Shown here one piece after another: positions 26,276 through 36,961 of a DNA stretch of 64,000 nt. The notes below the pieces were generated by a model. The model was not told the DNA's origin. It searched no databases and saw only the letters and a list, made by a program, of their open reading frames with translations. The position numbers were made by a program, and so were the translations under genes. The stretch is from IMG/VR virus record IMGVR_UViG_3300021256_000062, positions 94,918-158,917 of that record; one strand, written 5' to 3'. Each line of letters opens with the position of its first letter. Positions within the stretch are counted from its first letter, which is position 1. This stretch comes from a virus. Lineage: Duplodnaviria > Caudoviricetes.

Positions 26276-27386
26276 TTGAAGGAATAACTTTTAAGAATGA
26301 TTGCATATCTTCTAATGAGCAGTCATACCAAGTAGTATCGTTACTTGAAGAACCAGTTTTTATACCAATTCTTGGTGCTAAAACAGTATTTCTATAATTA
26401 GATAAGTTTGCGCCTTCTGTTATGCAAACGTCTCCTAATGCTTCTACTAACTTCTTAATAGTAAATGGCTCTTCTATGGTATAGGCATCACTGCTATATG
26501 CAATTGGCTCATAATCACCAGCCATTAAACTAAAGAATGTTTCACTATTTCCGCTTCCTTCGGTTGCGTAAATTGTAGCATAAAATGCATCGGCATTATG
26601 TCCTTCAGAAGAAGCATAACTTAAAGCACCAGAACCAATATATATTCCACCACTTGTTGAATAATCAAGCATAGTTTCCATTTCTGCGTCAATGTCTATA
26701 TTTAATTTTACAAGAACATCTAAAAACTTTTGTGGATAGAATTCAAGTTTAAATGTTTCTTCATTAGGGAATTCAAAATATTTATTTTTTCCACCTAACT
26801 CTTCCCAAGTGGAAGTAGTAATTGTCTCAGTATGTGAGCCACCTTCAAATAAGAATGCTATGTCTAATAATTCCAAATTTTCATTTGTTAGATTATCTAC
26901 AAAATATTGAGTAATTGTAGCTGAAGGGATTTCAGTAAATCCTTCTAATGTAGGTTCAATTAAATCTTCTGGTAAACTATTAGATGTACAGTGATATTCT
27001 ATACTATCATTGTCTCCTTCGTCATAGTTTATATAATATTCTGTAGGTCGGTCATCTTCATATGTGATTTTTTCAAGGTTAAGTAGGCTATAGCCTTCCT
27101 CATCAAAATAAAGTCCAACTATTGCCTGACCACTAGATAAAAGACTAGTAATATCTCCTGCAGTAACCTTATCTTTCAACTTAAAACTTTTACCTACTTT
27201 TAAATCACTAATCACTTTTTCTTCAGTAGTATTAGTACAAGTATAATATTTTCCATCTGGTGTTTTGTATAATACACCTTCTTTACCAACTTCTGGAAGT
27301 GTGTCAACTTTGATTAGGTCTCCACCACCTACTATCTTTCTTATTTCTGCTACTGCTTTACTATCTAAAATAATCTCATTATTCAT
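26268..27386 (-). CDS. Fibre/decoration-like protein, NNEIxLD family
   Basis: Shares VDTLPEVGKE..LYKTPDGK and AFLFEGGSHTE..TSTW with 40897 and 43821; directly follows the capsid gene. Confidence 0.55.
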   Translation of the reverse strand: MNNEIILDSKAVAEIRKIVGGGDLIKVDTLPEVGKEGVLYKTPDGKYYTCTNTTEEKVISDLKVGKSFKLKDKVTAGDITSLLSSGQAIVGLYFDEEGYSLLNLEKITYEDDRPTEYYINYDEGDNDSIEYHCTSNSLPEDLIEPTLEGFTEIPSATITQYFVDNLTNENLELLDIAFLFEGGSHTETITTSTWEELGGKNKYFEFPNEETFKLEFYPQKFLDVLVKLNIDIDAEMETMLDYSTSGGIYIGSGALSYASSEGHNADAFYATIYATEGSGNSETFFSLMAGDYEPIAYSSDAYTIEEPFTIKKLVEALGDVCITEGANLSNYRNTVLAPRIGIKTGSSSNDTTWYDCSLEDMQSFLKVIPSND

Positions 27387-27409
27387 CTTTCTTTCTCCTT
27401 ATTAAAATA

Positions 27410-27440
27410 TAAGGGAGTAACTTTTATATTACTCCCTATA
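27410..27440 (-). terminator. Hairpin after the major capsid gene
   Basis: AGGGAGTAA ... TTACTCCCT inverted repeat followed by T-rich sequence. Confidence 0.55.
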
Positions 27441-27460
27441 AATTAAAACTAGTTAATTAA

Positions 27461-28981
27461 TTATTCTTGTGCAGAAATATTAATAACTTGTGGTTCTTCA
27501 ACAATCTTACCAGCGATTAATAAGTCCTTATTTAATAATTGTAATGCATAAACAGAACTATAACCTTTAGTATTTGTTCCATCTGGAGTTTCTAGAGATG
27601 CAGTTGGAGTGATTGCTAAGAATGGAGCCCATACAGCAGCACTTGTTCCTAGGTCATTTCCATTAACACCTAAAACATATCTATCAGCTGGCATATTTGG
27701 AGTGATATATACTTTCATTCCATTATATGTACCAAAGTAGTAAGGACCATTTACAGATGCTAAGTTTGCAGCTTGTTTGAATCCTTCGCATAGAGGTAAA
27801 ATTGACATAAATTCAGTACCTGCTAACATATAGTTAGGAGTGAATTTTTGAGTTGCTTCGTATACTTTTTGTTGACCTTGTAATACTTTTCTAGCAAATC
27901 CAGCAAAGTGTTGAGCTAAGCTGATTCCTGTAGGAACAGCAATATTGAATGTTAGAGAGTCATCAAGTCTTGCATTTTTAACTAATAGATTAGTTACTTC
28001 TACGTCTGTTTCATATTTTAAAGTATGAATTGCAACTTGTTCTAATCTTGCACCTAAATTTTCACCATATTCTTTCTTATATTGATAAGCAGCCATTTGT
28101 GAATATTCGATAGCAATCTTTCTTGCTTCGCAAGTTACATAAATACCTTTTTGTTGAACAGTGATGTAAGGAATTTCATGTTGATTAATTGCAATGTTAT
28201 TGTATAAGTAGTTAACTTTAACAGGTGCAGTTACACCAACTAATGCAGTATCAAATACGATTGCAGCAGGTTCTTCATCATAGATGTCTCCTGTTACTGA
28301 TTTTGCTTTCTTATAACCATAAGTAATTGTACCTACTTTTGTAGCTGTACCAGCATCAACGATAAATCTACCAGCTACTCCTTCAATGTGTCCATTTGCA
28401 TCTTTTTGTTCAGCTGTGAATACTTTAGATGCGAATGTACCTTGATAGATTTTACCATCTCCACCATCGAAGAATGTGTTATCTCCAATTGTGAATTCTA
28501 CAGTACCAGGAATAATTGGGTCCCATTTTAATGCTAAAGTTTTATTATCTTCACCTAATGTAGCATTTTCAATAACTGTTTGGCTAGTGTAATTAGGGTC
28601 AACTTTACCATTTCTGAATGGGTTAACAATCATATCACCTACTGAAGATTCACCTTTGTTAGATGCTTTTGAGTATTCATAGTAAGTAATATAACCATTG
28701 AAATTGTCGATAGGTTTAGTTAATACTAAATCTGGAGCGATAAAGTTAGGTAATGCTAAAGTGGCAACGTCCATAACGAATTTCTTCATCATACCAATGT
28801 CACTTCTTTGAGTTGAAACTGATTGGTCACCATAAGTTTCAGTTAAATATTTGTTTTGGTTTTCAAGGATTTGTGCAGTAATGATTTTTCTATCCATAGG
28901 GATAACAGCACCATTATTATACTTTGCATATAATCCTTCAGAGATTGCTAATCTCTTTTTATACTTTTCTAATAAAGTCAT
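27461..28981 (-). CDS. Major capsid protein (T4 gp23-like)
   Basis: ILENQ..L.E, PNFIAPDLV.TKP, EARKI..EYS, G.YNGMKVY..P, AVWAPF; position after the protease. Confidence 0.85.
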   Translation of the reverse strand: MTLLEKYKKRLAISEGLYAKYNNGAVIPMDRKIITAQILENQNKYLTETYGDQSVSTQRSDIGMMKKFVMDVATLALPNFIAPDLVLTKPIDNFNGYITYYEYSKASNKGESSVGDMIVNPFRNGKVDPNYTSQTVIENATLGEDNKTLALKWDPIIPGTVEFTIGDNTFFDGGDGKIYQGTFASKVFTAEQKDANGHIEGVAGRFIVDAGTATKVGTITYGYKKAKSVTGDIYDEEPAAIVFDTALVGVTAPVKVNYLYNNIAINQHEIPYITVQQKGIYVTCEARKIAIEYSQMAAYQYKKEYGENLGARLEQVAIHTLKYETDVEVTNLLVKNARLDDSLTFNIAVPTGISLAQHFAGFARKVLQGQQKVYEATQKFTPNYMLAGTEFMSILPLCEGFKQAANLASVNGPYYFGTYNGMKVYITPNMPADRYVLGVNGNDLGTSAAVWAPFLAITPTASLETPDGTNTKGYSSVYALQLLNKDLLIAGKIVEEPQVINISAQE

Positions 28982-28994
28982 AATATTTCTTCTC

Positions 28995-30512
28995 CTATAA
29001 TAAATTTTTTAATTCTTCTAAACCAGAAACATCATCAGCTAAAGATGGTTCTTCATACTGACTTTCTTTTGATTCAGTAATTCTTACTCTTGGTTTCTTA
29101 CCAACGTTAAATGGTAATTTACCTATACGTAAGTTATATTGTTGTAAACTTTCACATATCTTATCAATGTCATCAAGTGTAAAATCATCTTCTAATCTAT
29201 TTTTAATTTCACTAGAACTGATTCCCAACATTGTTGCCTTTGAATTAATATATTTGTTTACTACTGATTTAATATCATTCTTGTATTTTTCAGTCAATTT
29301 ACGACTCTTATTTAAAGATGATTCTAATTCAGCACATTTCTTATTATTAATTTCAGATTGTTCTAATTTTTCCTTTAAGGATTTAATTTCATTTTGAGCA
29401 TTTTTTAATGATTCATTTAAGGTATTAATCTTACTATCTCTACTAGTTGTAGATTCAGTTAATGTCTTATTTGATTTAACACTCTCATTTAATTTCTTTC
29501 TTAAAATACTAATGTTAGAATTTTTCCCAATTAATTCAATATCCTTTTGTTTTAGTTGTTCTTGTAAAGATTGATTCTCTTGTTTCAAGTTTTTACTTTC
29601 AGATAACTTAGCACTCAAACGAACTGATGTCTTTTTGTATCTATCAAGTTCTTCTTCTAAACTATTAACTTTAGTATTACTAACTGCCAATTGTTCTTGA
29701 AGTTCTTGTACTTGTTTTTCTAAAGCCACTCTACTTCTTAAAGATTCAGTTAAACTCTTAACTAATGATTTAGAATCAACATCATTGACTTCCTTATCTT
29801 GGTTAACAGTCTCTTTAGTATCTTCAACTTTTTTATTTATATTATCACTCTCTTGAGTGTTAATATCTTCATTTAATTTCTTTTCTACTGCTTTAATTGT
29901 ATTTTTCATTGATTCCTTAACTGAAGAATCTGCATCATCTACTAATTTAGCAAGTGATTCTCTTAAAGATTTACCATTTAATGATTCTTTAACATATTTC
30001 ATTCTTGCCTTTTTAACAGCTGGTAAAATTACAGCATCCCAACAAGTTAAATCAAATGTATCAGGTTCAACACTTGAGTTGCCATCATAATCTTCAGTTA
30101 CATCTCCATTACCTCTTGAACTAACACCAATTACAGTTCCATAGTCACATAATGTTTTTAGGATACGACCATTAGGTAAGTCTAGTATATGGAATTCCCC
30201 ATATAACATACCATCATCACCAATTTTTGGTGTACTTGCTAAACACATACATGCTTCTTGTGGTTTTATCTCTTCTCTATCTGTAGGGTGTTCTAGTTCA
30301 CCTAGTACAGCTTTGTTTTGTAATTGTTCTTGGAAGATTGGGTCATTAATTGCTTTCTCCCATGCTTCTCTTGGATATAGTCTACCATTTCTAGTTGGCT
30401 GTTTAGTATCAGCAATAGGACCATATAATGTACCTAATATTCCTCTTTCTTTTTGTTCTTCTGGAGATAATTTTGTATATTCAAATTTATTTCCTACAAA
30501 TGTTTCTAACAT
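28995..30512 (-). CDS. Prohead protease fused to a coiled-coil scaffold (gp21+gp22-like)
   Basis: RNGRLYP, GELEHP, LPNGRIL, IGVSSRGNG, WDAV..PA; long coiled coil rich in LxES; start 30512 after GGAGG. Confidence 0.88.
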   Translation of the reverse strand: MLETFVGNKFEYTKLSPEEQKERGILGTLYGPIADTKQPTRNGRLYPREAWEKAINDPIFQEQLQNKAVLGELEHPTDREEIKPQEACMCLASTPKIGDDGMLYGEFHILDLPNGRILKTLCDYGTVIGVSSRGNGDVTEDYDGNSSVEPDTFDLTCWDAVILPAVKKARMKYVKESLNGKSLRESLAKLVDDADSSVKESMKNTIKAVEKKLNEDINTQESDNINKKVEDTKETVNQDKEVNDVDSKSLVKSLTESLRSRVALEKQVQELQEQLAVSNTKVNSLEEELDRYKKTSVRLSAKLSESKNLKQENQSLQEQLKQKDIELIGKNSNISILRKKLNESVKSNKTLTESTTSRDSKINTLNESLKNAQNEIKSLKEKLEQSEINNKKCAELESSLNKSRKLTEKYKNDIKSVVNKYINSKATMLGISSSEIKNRLEDDFTLDDIDKICESLQQYNLRIGKLPFNVGKKPRVRITESKESQYEEPSLADDVSGLEELKNLL

Positions 30513-30628
30513 TATAATACCTCCCAAATTGGTTGTGTATATAACTATATCACTGAATTAGTTACTCTAATTCATTTAATTTAGCTATATTATTTTTTTA
30601 AAAAATTTTAAATTTTTCACAGTTTTCA

Positions 30629-31084
30629 CTATTTTATTTGTTCTAGTGCCTTTAAATCAGCCTTAATTAATCTTAATAATTCCATACATTTAGTAATATC
30701 ATATGTTGTAAAGTAATTATTAAGTACTTTTGTAATATCACTTGCTCTAGAATGTTTTAAGAATAATGTTTTATTATCATCTAACTTTTTAGCAAATAAA
30801 AGAATCTGAGTTAGTAACGCAGACAAGGTAGTTAATACCTCATCTGGTTTCTCTATCTCTTTAACTATATTAATATAAATATTTGATTTTTTCTTGTTGT
30901 AATTTTTTCTTAATAGTTCATAGAAATTTAATACTTCTAATGGTCTATTTTTATTAATAAATTTTAATACACTTAAATCCACATTGGATTTACTTGCAAC
31001 TTTTTCAATTAATTCTCCTGCTTCACTATTTCCTTGTTCTTCTAGTTCTGCAAGTAATAATATGCAATCAGTATTTGTAATCAT
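30629..31084 (-). CDS. Hypothetical protein in head module
   Basis: 151 aa between portal and protease. Confidence 0.7.
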   Translation of the reverse strand: MITNTDCILLLAELEEQGNSEAGELIEKVASKSNVDLSVLKFINKNRPLEVLNFYELLRKNYNKKKSNIYINIVKEIEKPDEVLTTLSALLTQILLFAKKLDDNKTLFLKHSRASDITKVLNNYFTTYDITKCMELLRLIKADLKALEQIK

Positions 31085-31110
31085 AAAATTATCCTTTCAT
31101 TAAATCAATC

Positions 31111-32994
31111 TTAAACTTCTTGGTTATTATAATCTACACCAAGTTCAGCGAATGATGGAAGATAGTCTTCTCCACCTTGAGATTGTTCTATTTCAACTTG
31201 TCCTTCTTCCCCTGTAGGTTCTTGTTCTTGTGGTTCTTCTCCACCTAATCCTAGTTCTTGACCTATATCAGCCATTGGAGAGTTTCCACCAGAAGGACCT
31301 CTTCCACTTGGACCACTTGGACTTTCATTTCCACCTTGTGGATTTGGTTGTTGTGGTTGTTGTTTTTCTTGTTCTTCAACATACTCAATTTCATCTTGGA
31401 TATATTGAATAACATCAGGACTGTTAGTGATATCTTGCATTAAAACTTTAACGATTTTTAATCTTGTAGATTTTCTATCAATATCTCCTAATACATCCAT
31501 AGTATCTCTTAACATACCAAGTGCATTTGTTTGTGCTTCTCTTCTATCAATTTCTTCCTTTGTAACTGGAGCTTGCATTCTTAATGTAAAGTTATTTACA
31601 TAAGATAATAATCCTCTATCAATTAAAAGGATGTTAATTAAATCTCTAGTCATTGATATAAATGCTTGTTGAATTCTTTTAATTCTCTTAGCATATTTAG
31701 CTGAAATTAATGTTAATGATGTACCACCATTGAATCCTGTTTGGTCATCAGTAAATCCTACATATGACTTTGGAATACCTGTTGATGAGAAGAATCTATC
31801 TCTAAAGTATTCAAGGTCTGTTAATTGTTTAGGGTCATATTCTCCACCTACATTTGATACTGATAAATTACCAATTGTTCCATGTGTAGGTACATAAATA
31901 TTATTCTCTACAGGTCCTGGATTTGTATAGTTACCACTAGATATTCCAGTATCTATAGATGTCTTTTGTTCCATCATTGATTTAATACCTTGTAAATGGT
32001 TTGCAATCATTTCTTTAGGCATATCACCGACTTCTACTTGAATTACCCTAATTAAACTTGATTTAGTTAATCTTGTTAAAATAATTGCATTCTCTAGAAG
32101 TGTCATTTCTCTCCAAGATTTGAACCAATCATATAACAAAGATTTACCTCTTTTAACATCATAAGAATGAGAATTAGTACCAGTCTTATAATCATCATCA
32201 TTATCAAATAAATCTACAGTTTCTTTAGTTCTTCCTGTATCATCAAATAGATATCCATGTACATAATCAGTTGCACTAAATACATTGATATCTCCTTTAG
32301 CTACTTTATAGTTTTGAATAAAGTTATATTCAGTTTGATTATAATCATTTACATTTAAGGTATTAAATACATTATATGGAGCATTAATATATCCTTGTGT
32401 TTTACCCTTACTAGTAAGTTCAAACATCTCAGCAGGATTTGATACTTTCTCTACGAAATTAACATAATGTTCACTTTTATCTTCAATGTGTAAAATAACA
32501 TCTTCATGTAATCTACTCTTCTTATTTATAGCGTCATTGTCAAATATACTACTTTCTTCATATTCACTTTCTTTAAATAGTTTTAGATATAAGTCACCAT
32601 ATTTGATTAATGAGTTAACCCATCCATATGCATTTTCATTTATTTGTAAAGTAGATAATAAGAATGTAACATATTTTACTACATCCGCATCTTCTGATTC
32701 TACCCACATTACATTTCCATCTGGGTTAGTTTCAGTAGCATCTTCAGCATATGACTCAATGATAGATGCCACAGTACCATCTTGTGACATCATATCAATT
32801 AATCTATATACATTCTCTCTATTTTGTGCTACTGATAGGAAATTCTCTAATTCACTTAAATTAAGAGTATCATTGATTGCTGCATTAACAATATTTTCAG
32901 CAAAATGCCCTTCAGTATCCATTCCTACATTTACAGGTTCTTTAGGCACTGCTGTTATTTTCTTACCTACTAAATCATTTTCTTTATTTTCCAT
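31111..32994 (-). CDS. Portal protein (T4 gp20-like)
   Basis: LIKYGDLY, LLENAIILTRL..S..IRVIQVEVGDMP, DLEYFRDRFFSSTGIPKSY, YAKRIKRIQ. Confidence 0.88.
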   Translation of the reverse strand: MENKENDLVGKKITAVPKEPVNVGMDTEGHFAENIVNAAINDTLNLSELENFLSVAQNRENVYRLIDMMSQDGTVASIIESYAEDATETNPDGNVMWVESEDADVVKYVTFLLSTLQINENAYGWVNSLIKYGDLYLKLFKESEYEESSIFDNDAINKKSRLHEDVILHIEDKSEHYVNFVEKVSNPAEMFELTSKGKTQGYINAPYNVFNTLNVNDYNQTEYNFIQNYKVAKGDINVFSATDYVHGYLFDDTGRTKETVDLFDNDDDYKTGTNSHSYDVKRGKSLLYDWFKSWREMTLLENAIILTRLTKSSLIRVIQVEVGDMPKEMIANHLQGIKSMMEQKTSIDTGISSGNYTNPGPVENNIYVPTHGTIGNLSVSNVGGEYDPKQLTDLEYFRDRFFSSTGIPKSYVGFTDDQTGFNGGTSLTLISAKYAKRIKRIQQAFISMTRDLINILLIDRGLLSYVNNFTLRMQAPVTKEEIDRREAQTNALGMLRDTMDVLGDIDRKSTRLKIVKVLMQDITNSPDVIQYIQDEIEYVEEQEKQQPQQPNPQGGNESPSGPSGRGPSGGNSPMADIGQELGLGGEEPQEQEPTGEEGQVEIEQSQGGEDYLPSFAELGVDYNNQEV

Positions 32995-33004
32995 TATTAT
33001 TCTC

Positions 33005-35044
33005 CTACCAAACCATTATTCCATTTTTAACATTCATATAGTTCTTTGCAGCTTCTAACCTATCTTGTTTAGTAACTTCTTTTTCTCTATTGAATAAATG
33101 GGTATTTAATAATGTTTCTTTAAGTTCATCTTCAAAATTAACTACATATTGTTGTTTAACTTGATTTACATATGAGAATGGATTATTTGCTTCTAAAATA
33201 GTTTTTAATGATTCACCATAATCATATGCATATTGTTCCGCGTGTAGAGATGCATTATATAGAGAACCTGTTATACTATCTATGGCATCCTTTGAACCAT
33301 ATTTACCATTTTCAGGGTGCTCTATTTTACCACTAGATTCTCTTTCAAGTCCTAATACTTCTTCAGTTAAGAAATCACAATCTTTATATACTTCTATTCT
33401 CTTGTCATATAAAGTTGATTTAAAGTATGCATAAGGTAAGCATTGTTTTGCTTTAGAATCAATAACATCCACTGATATTTGTTTTACATCAAAACCATCA
33501 GCTATAAGTTGTTGTTGTATTTGAGCTGAGTTGTAACTATCACAACTTACTCCTTTTACTGCAAAACCTTGTTCTTTTAACCATCTAATAAACATTCTAG
33601 ATTTATCAAAAGATAACTCATATCCTTTAGGTGCTTTAACTGATACACTGAATGCAACCTTAAAATATAATTCTCTAGAACTTTCTTCTCCCTCTACTTT
33701 AGGTTTTTTACCCATTACATATACACCTGCAATACCTGTCTTGTCTCCTGATTTTGATAAGTCGAGATGTACATATAAAGGTTTAGATTTTAACTCTAGA
33801 GGAACTCTTGATAAATCAAAGAAATCTTTGTATTGTGTATCATCATTTGTTCCTACTTCAATTATTTCTTTTACAAATGGATTCTTGTAGGTATCTACTT
33901 TAACTTCATTCCATCTAACACCTGAAATATATTTTAATCCAGATGTAGATGATATACCTGCAATATCCATTAATGCACCATCAATGTTTTCTTGGAAATT
34001 CTCTAAATAACCAATAGGAACTTCTAATATATTGTATCCTCTTGCCCTATAGAATGATAATTCTTCTTGTGTAACTGATAAAGGTAATAATTCATTTGCT
34101 AAGAATTTATTACCAATTGCAACAAAGAATTTAACTGCACTATCTTTTCTTGAGTCTACAACCCATTGTGGCTCATCTACAATTAATGTATTCTTACTTT
34201 CATTTTTCTTTTTAGTATCAATATATTCATCCAAGAATGATTGGTCACTGTTCTTACTTGATGCAATAATATTTAATGTAGGTAAGTAAGTACCAGTTTC
34301 TCTTTCTCTCATAAATCTTGATTTCATTCTGGCATCAATTTGAGATACTAATTGTTTATATTTCTTCTTTAATTTTTCAGTATCATTGGTGATACCCCAG
34401 TTAACTTCATCTGAGAAGTTAGCAAATACGGCACGTCCAATTACTTGGTTATTACTTGATGCTGTAATTAATTCAATGTGTTTATTTGGTTTATATTCTA
34501 GATTAGTTGTACCACTCATTGAACCATGACTCATAAACCATTCACTAGATAGAATCATTTGATTCATTTTATCTAGTGCAACACCTTTGGCATTTTGAAT
34601 AGTAATATTCATTAGAGATATTGTTATTTTATCAATAGGTTGCATTCCATAATAAAGATATGGGTCTTTTAAACATAACAATCTATATAACATATATAAT
34701 AAACTAACTACTGCAACAGTTGATTTACCAATACCAATCGCACCTGTTAAGATGATAGTATTATAAGCTGTTGTAGTATTTGTAGGGAATATCTCTTTTA
34801 ACTTATCTTCCCAATAAGGGAATAATGTAAATCTTCCATCAGCATCATAAAGTGCATTTCCTAAATATTTTCTATCATGTAAAAATGTATGTATATCTAC
34901 AGGTATTTCATCATAGTCAGAATATTTAAGAGTGTCTAATAATTCAGATGAACCTTCTGTTGCCATTTGGTTTAATATCTTTAATACATAATCCTTTTCT
35001 TCTGGAGAAAGGTTATTAAATTTTTCTATTTTAGTATAATCCAT
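33005..35044 (-). CDS. terL: Terminase large subunit
   Basis: TGAIGIGKS, FSDE, HLDLSKSGDKTGI, KIEHP...SKD..D. Confidence 0.9.
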   Translation of the reverse strand: MDYTKIEKFNNLSPEEKDYVLKILNQMATEGSSELLDTLKYSDYDEIPVDIHTFLHDRKYLGNALYDADGRFTLFPYWEDKLKEIFPTNTTTAYNTIILTGAIGIGKSTVAVVSLLYMLYRLLCLKDPYLYYGMQPIDKITISLMNITIQNAKGVALDKMNQMILSSEWFMSHGSMSGTTNLEYKPNKHIELITASSNNQVIGRAVFANFSDEVNWGITNDTEKLKKKYKQLVSQIDARMKSRFMRERETGTYLPTLNIIASSKNSDQSFLDEYIDTKKKNESKNTLIVDEPQWVVDSRKDSAVKFFVAIGNKFLANELLPLSVTQEELSFYRARGYNILEVPIGYLENFQENIDGALMDIAGISSTSGLKYISGVRWNEVKVDTYKNPFVKEIIEVGTNDDTQYKDFFDLSRVPLELKSKPLYVHLDLSKSGDKTGIAGVYVMGKKPKVEGEESSRELYFKVAFSVSVKAPKGYELSFDKSRMFIRWLKEQGFAVKGVSCDSYNSAQIQQQLIADGFDVKQISVDVIDSKAKQCLPYAYFKSTLYDKRIEVYKDCDFLTEEVLGLERESSGKIEHPENGKYGSKDAIDSITGSLYNASLHAEQYAYDYGESLKTILEANNPFSYVNQVKQQYVVNFEDELKETLLNTHLFNREKEVTKQDRLEAAKNYMNVKNGIMVW

Positions 35045-35125
35045 AATGACACTCCTTTCTATATATTATACAATAATGTTTACTATTATTGACAAAAAGT
35101 GTTATTTTGTTTACTATAGTAAACA

Positions 35126-36961
35126 TTATTTATTTTCTTCAAGGTTCTCTAAACTCATTTTTTTAGATTGTAATTTTGTTTTTAAATTTTTAAGATTATC
35201 TAGATATCCCATATTTCTAAATTCTTTAAATACTAAATTACCAATACCAAATTCACCATCTTGTTGAATAGATTGTTGTCTTAATGCATATATATCATCA
35301 ATTAATTTATCTATCTCATCTAGTTGTTCTTGTTCTTGTGAATCTAAATCTTCTTTAACATCTATGATAGTATTTTGTGGAGTGATAGATTCTATTTGAT
35401 TATGAATAATCTCATCTAACTCATCTACTGAATTAAACTTTTGTCTATCTACTTCTTTACCATCTAATATGTTTTTATTAAATCCTTTATAAGTTGCAAC
35501 TGTATTGTAATCTAAATTAGCTCTAATGAAATAATAAATATCATTATCTTTAGTTAATTCTTTTTTACCACTATACACTACAAATCCATATCCTTGACCT
35601 GGATTATCATATGTCCATACACCATATCCTTCTCTTTGTATCTTTTCAAGTAATTCATCTAATGCATACTCATCTATTTCAGTAACATCAGTATCTACCT
35701 TTTTAATTTGATAAGATTCTTCTTGAATAAGTGGTCTACTACCATCACTTGACCATCCATATCTTGTTCTTATTTTATTAGGTTTAGGTAAAACTTTATA
35801 TAGTGGACATTCTTTAAAATTGCAATGTCTTGATGTTATTACTCCAAAGTCATAATAATATTCAGTATCATAATCATCTTCAGGAATTTTAGCACCATAT
35901 GTATCATCAATTAAATGTGTAGGTGCAAATATTAAATAGAATAGTTTATCTTCATCTTCAGCTTCATCTAAATAACCACTTACATTATATCTATTTACAT
36001 CTAATTGAGGTGGATAGTAATAGTTATCAATTGCAGCATCAATCATATTTCTATGAATTATATTATTATGATAACATACCATATATTTTTTAATATTATC
36101 ATCATATAATATTCTTAATGAATCTGGTGTACTTTTAATTCTATCAGCTACTTGTGGAGCACTAGTTGTAATTAAAATTCTAGAACCTGTATCTTCATCA
36201 TAAATATAATCTTCATTTAATGATTCAGTCATACTTTCATGTAATCCTAGTTCTTTTAATGTCTTATCTCCACCTTGTCTATGTATAGGTTCAATACCAT
36301 TTTGTTTTAGAATCTCATTTACTTGATAATCATCTAGTAATTTATCCACTTTAATTTGACCTGTAATAACCCAAGGAACTGTGTCTGGATTAGGATTAGT
36401 TCTATACTTATAAAAACCTTTTACAGGCAATTTTTTAAGTCCTGCAAGGGAATGTTGATATTTATCAGATTTATAAGTAATGACATTTCCATTATCATCT
36501 ACTTTAGTTCTCATATATCCTTGTTCATCAGCTTCAGGTTGATAATCAATATCCATTGCATATTCACATTCTGCCCATACAAAATCTTTAGGAAATTCGT
36601 ATTCACCTGTTTCTTTATTTAATCTATCAAATTGTTTTGCTCTAGGGATGTCACCAAGGTGCCAGCCTGGGCGATAAGCAAGTACTCCAGAATTATTTGC
36701 TCTTTTAACTTGAGGTCTACCTGTCTTTGAATTACCTGCAAATTCTCCTTCTTCTGCATCAATCCATACTCCAACAGGTGTATCCTTACCACCACTATTT
36801 GCAACCATAGGTGGATATAATTTACCATTTTTAACTCTAAATACTTTATAAGCTCTACCTGTTTTAGTAGGGATGTTTGAATTAGGAGAGACAGCCTCTT
36901 TAATTTCATCATCAGTTGATAACAATCCCATATCTATATATTTCTTATCTTCTCTATCCAT
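35126..36961 (-). CDS. Polyvalent protein ending in the C-terminal half of a nucleotidyltransferase
   Basis: AYKVF..KLYPP..LAYRPGWH module; module shared with the 12786 gene; C-term IYALRQQSI..DGEFGIGNLVFKEFRNMGY. Confidence 0.7.
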   Translation of the reverse strand: MDREDKKYIDMGLLSTDDEIKEAVSPNSNIPTKTGRAYKVFRVKNGKLYPPMVANSGGKDTPVGVWIDAEEGEFAGNSKTGRPQVKRANNSGVLAYRPGWHLGDIPRAKQFDRLNKETGEYEFPKDFVWAECEYAMDIDYQPEADEQGYMRTKVDDNGNVITYKSDKYQHSLAGLKKLPVKGFYKYRTNPNPDTVPWVITGQIKVDKLLDDYQVNEILKQNGIEPIHRQGGDKTLKELGLHESMTESLNEDYIYDEDTGSRILITTSAPQVADRIKSTPDSLRILYDDNIKKYMVCYHNNIIHRNMIDAAIDNYYYPPQLDVNRYNVSGYLDEAEDEDKLFYLIFAPTHLIDDTYGAKIPEDDYDTEYYYDFGVITSRHCNFKECPLYKVLPKPNKIRTRYGWSSDGSRPLIQEESYQIKKVDTDVTEIDEYALDELLEKIQREGYGVWTYDNPGQGYGFVVYSGKKELTKDNDIYYFIRANLDYNTVATYKGFNKNILDGKEVDRQKFNSVDELDEIIHNQIESITPQNTIIDVKEDLDSQEQEQLDEIDKLIDDIYALRQQSIQQDGEFGIGNLVFKEFRNMGYLDNLKNLKTKLQSKKMSLENLEENK

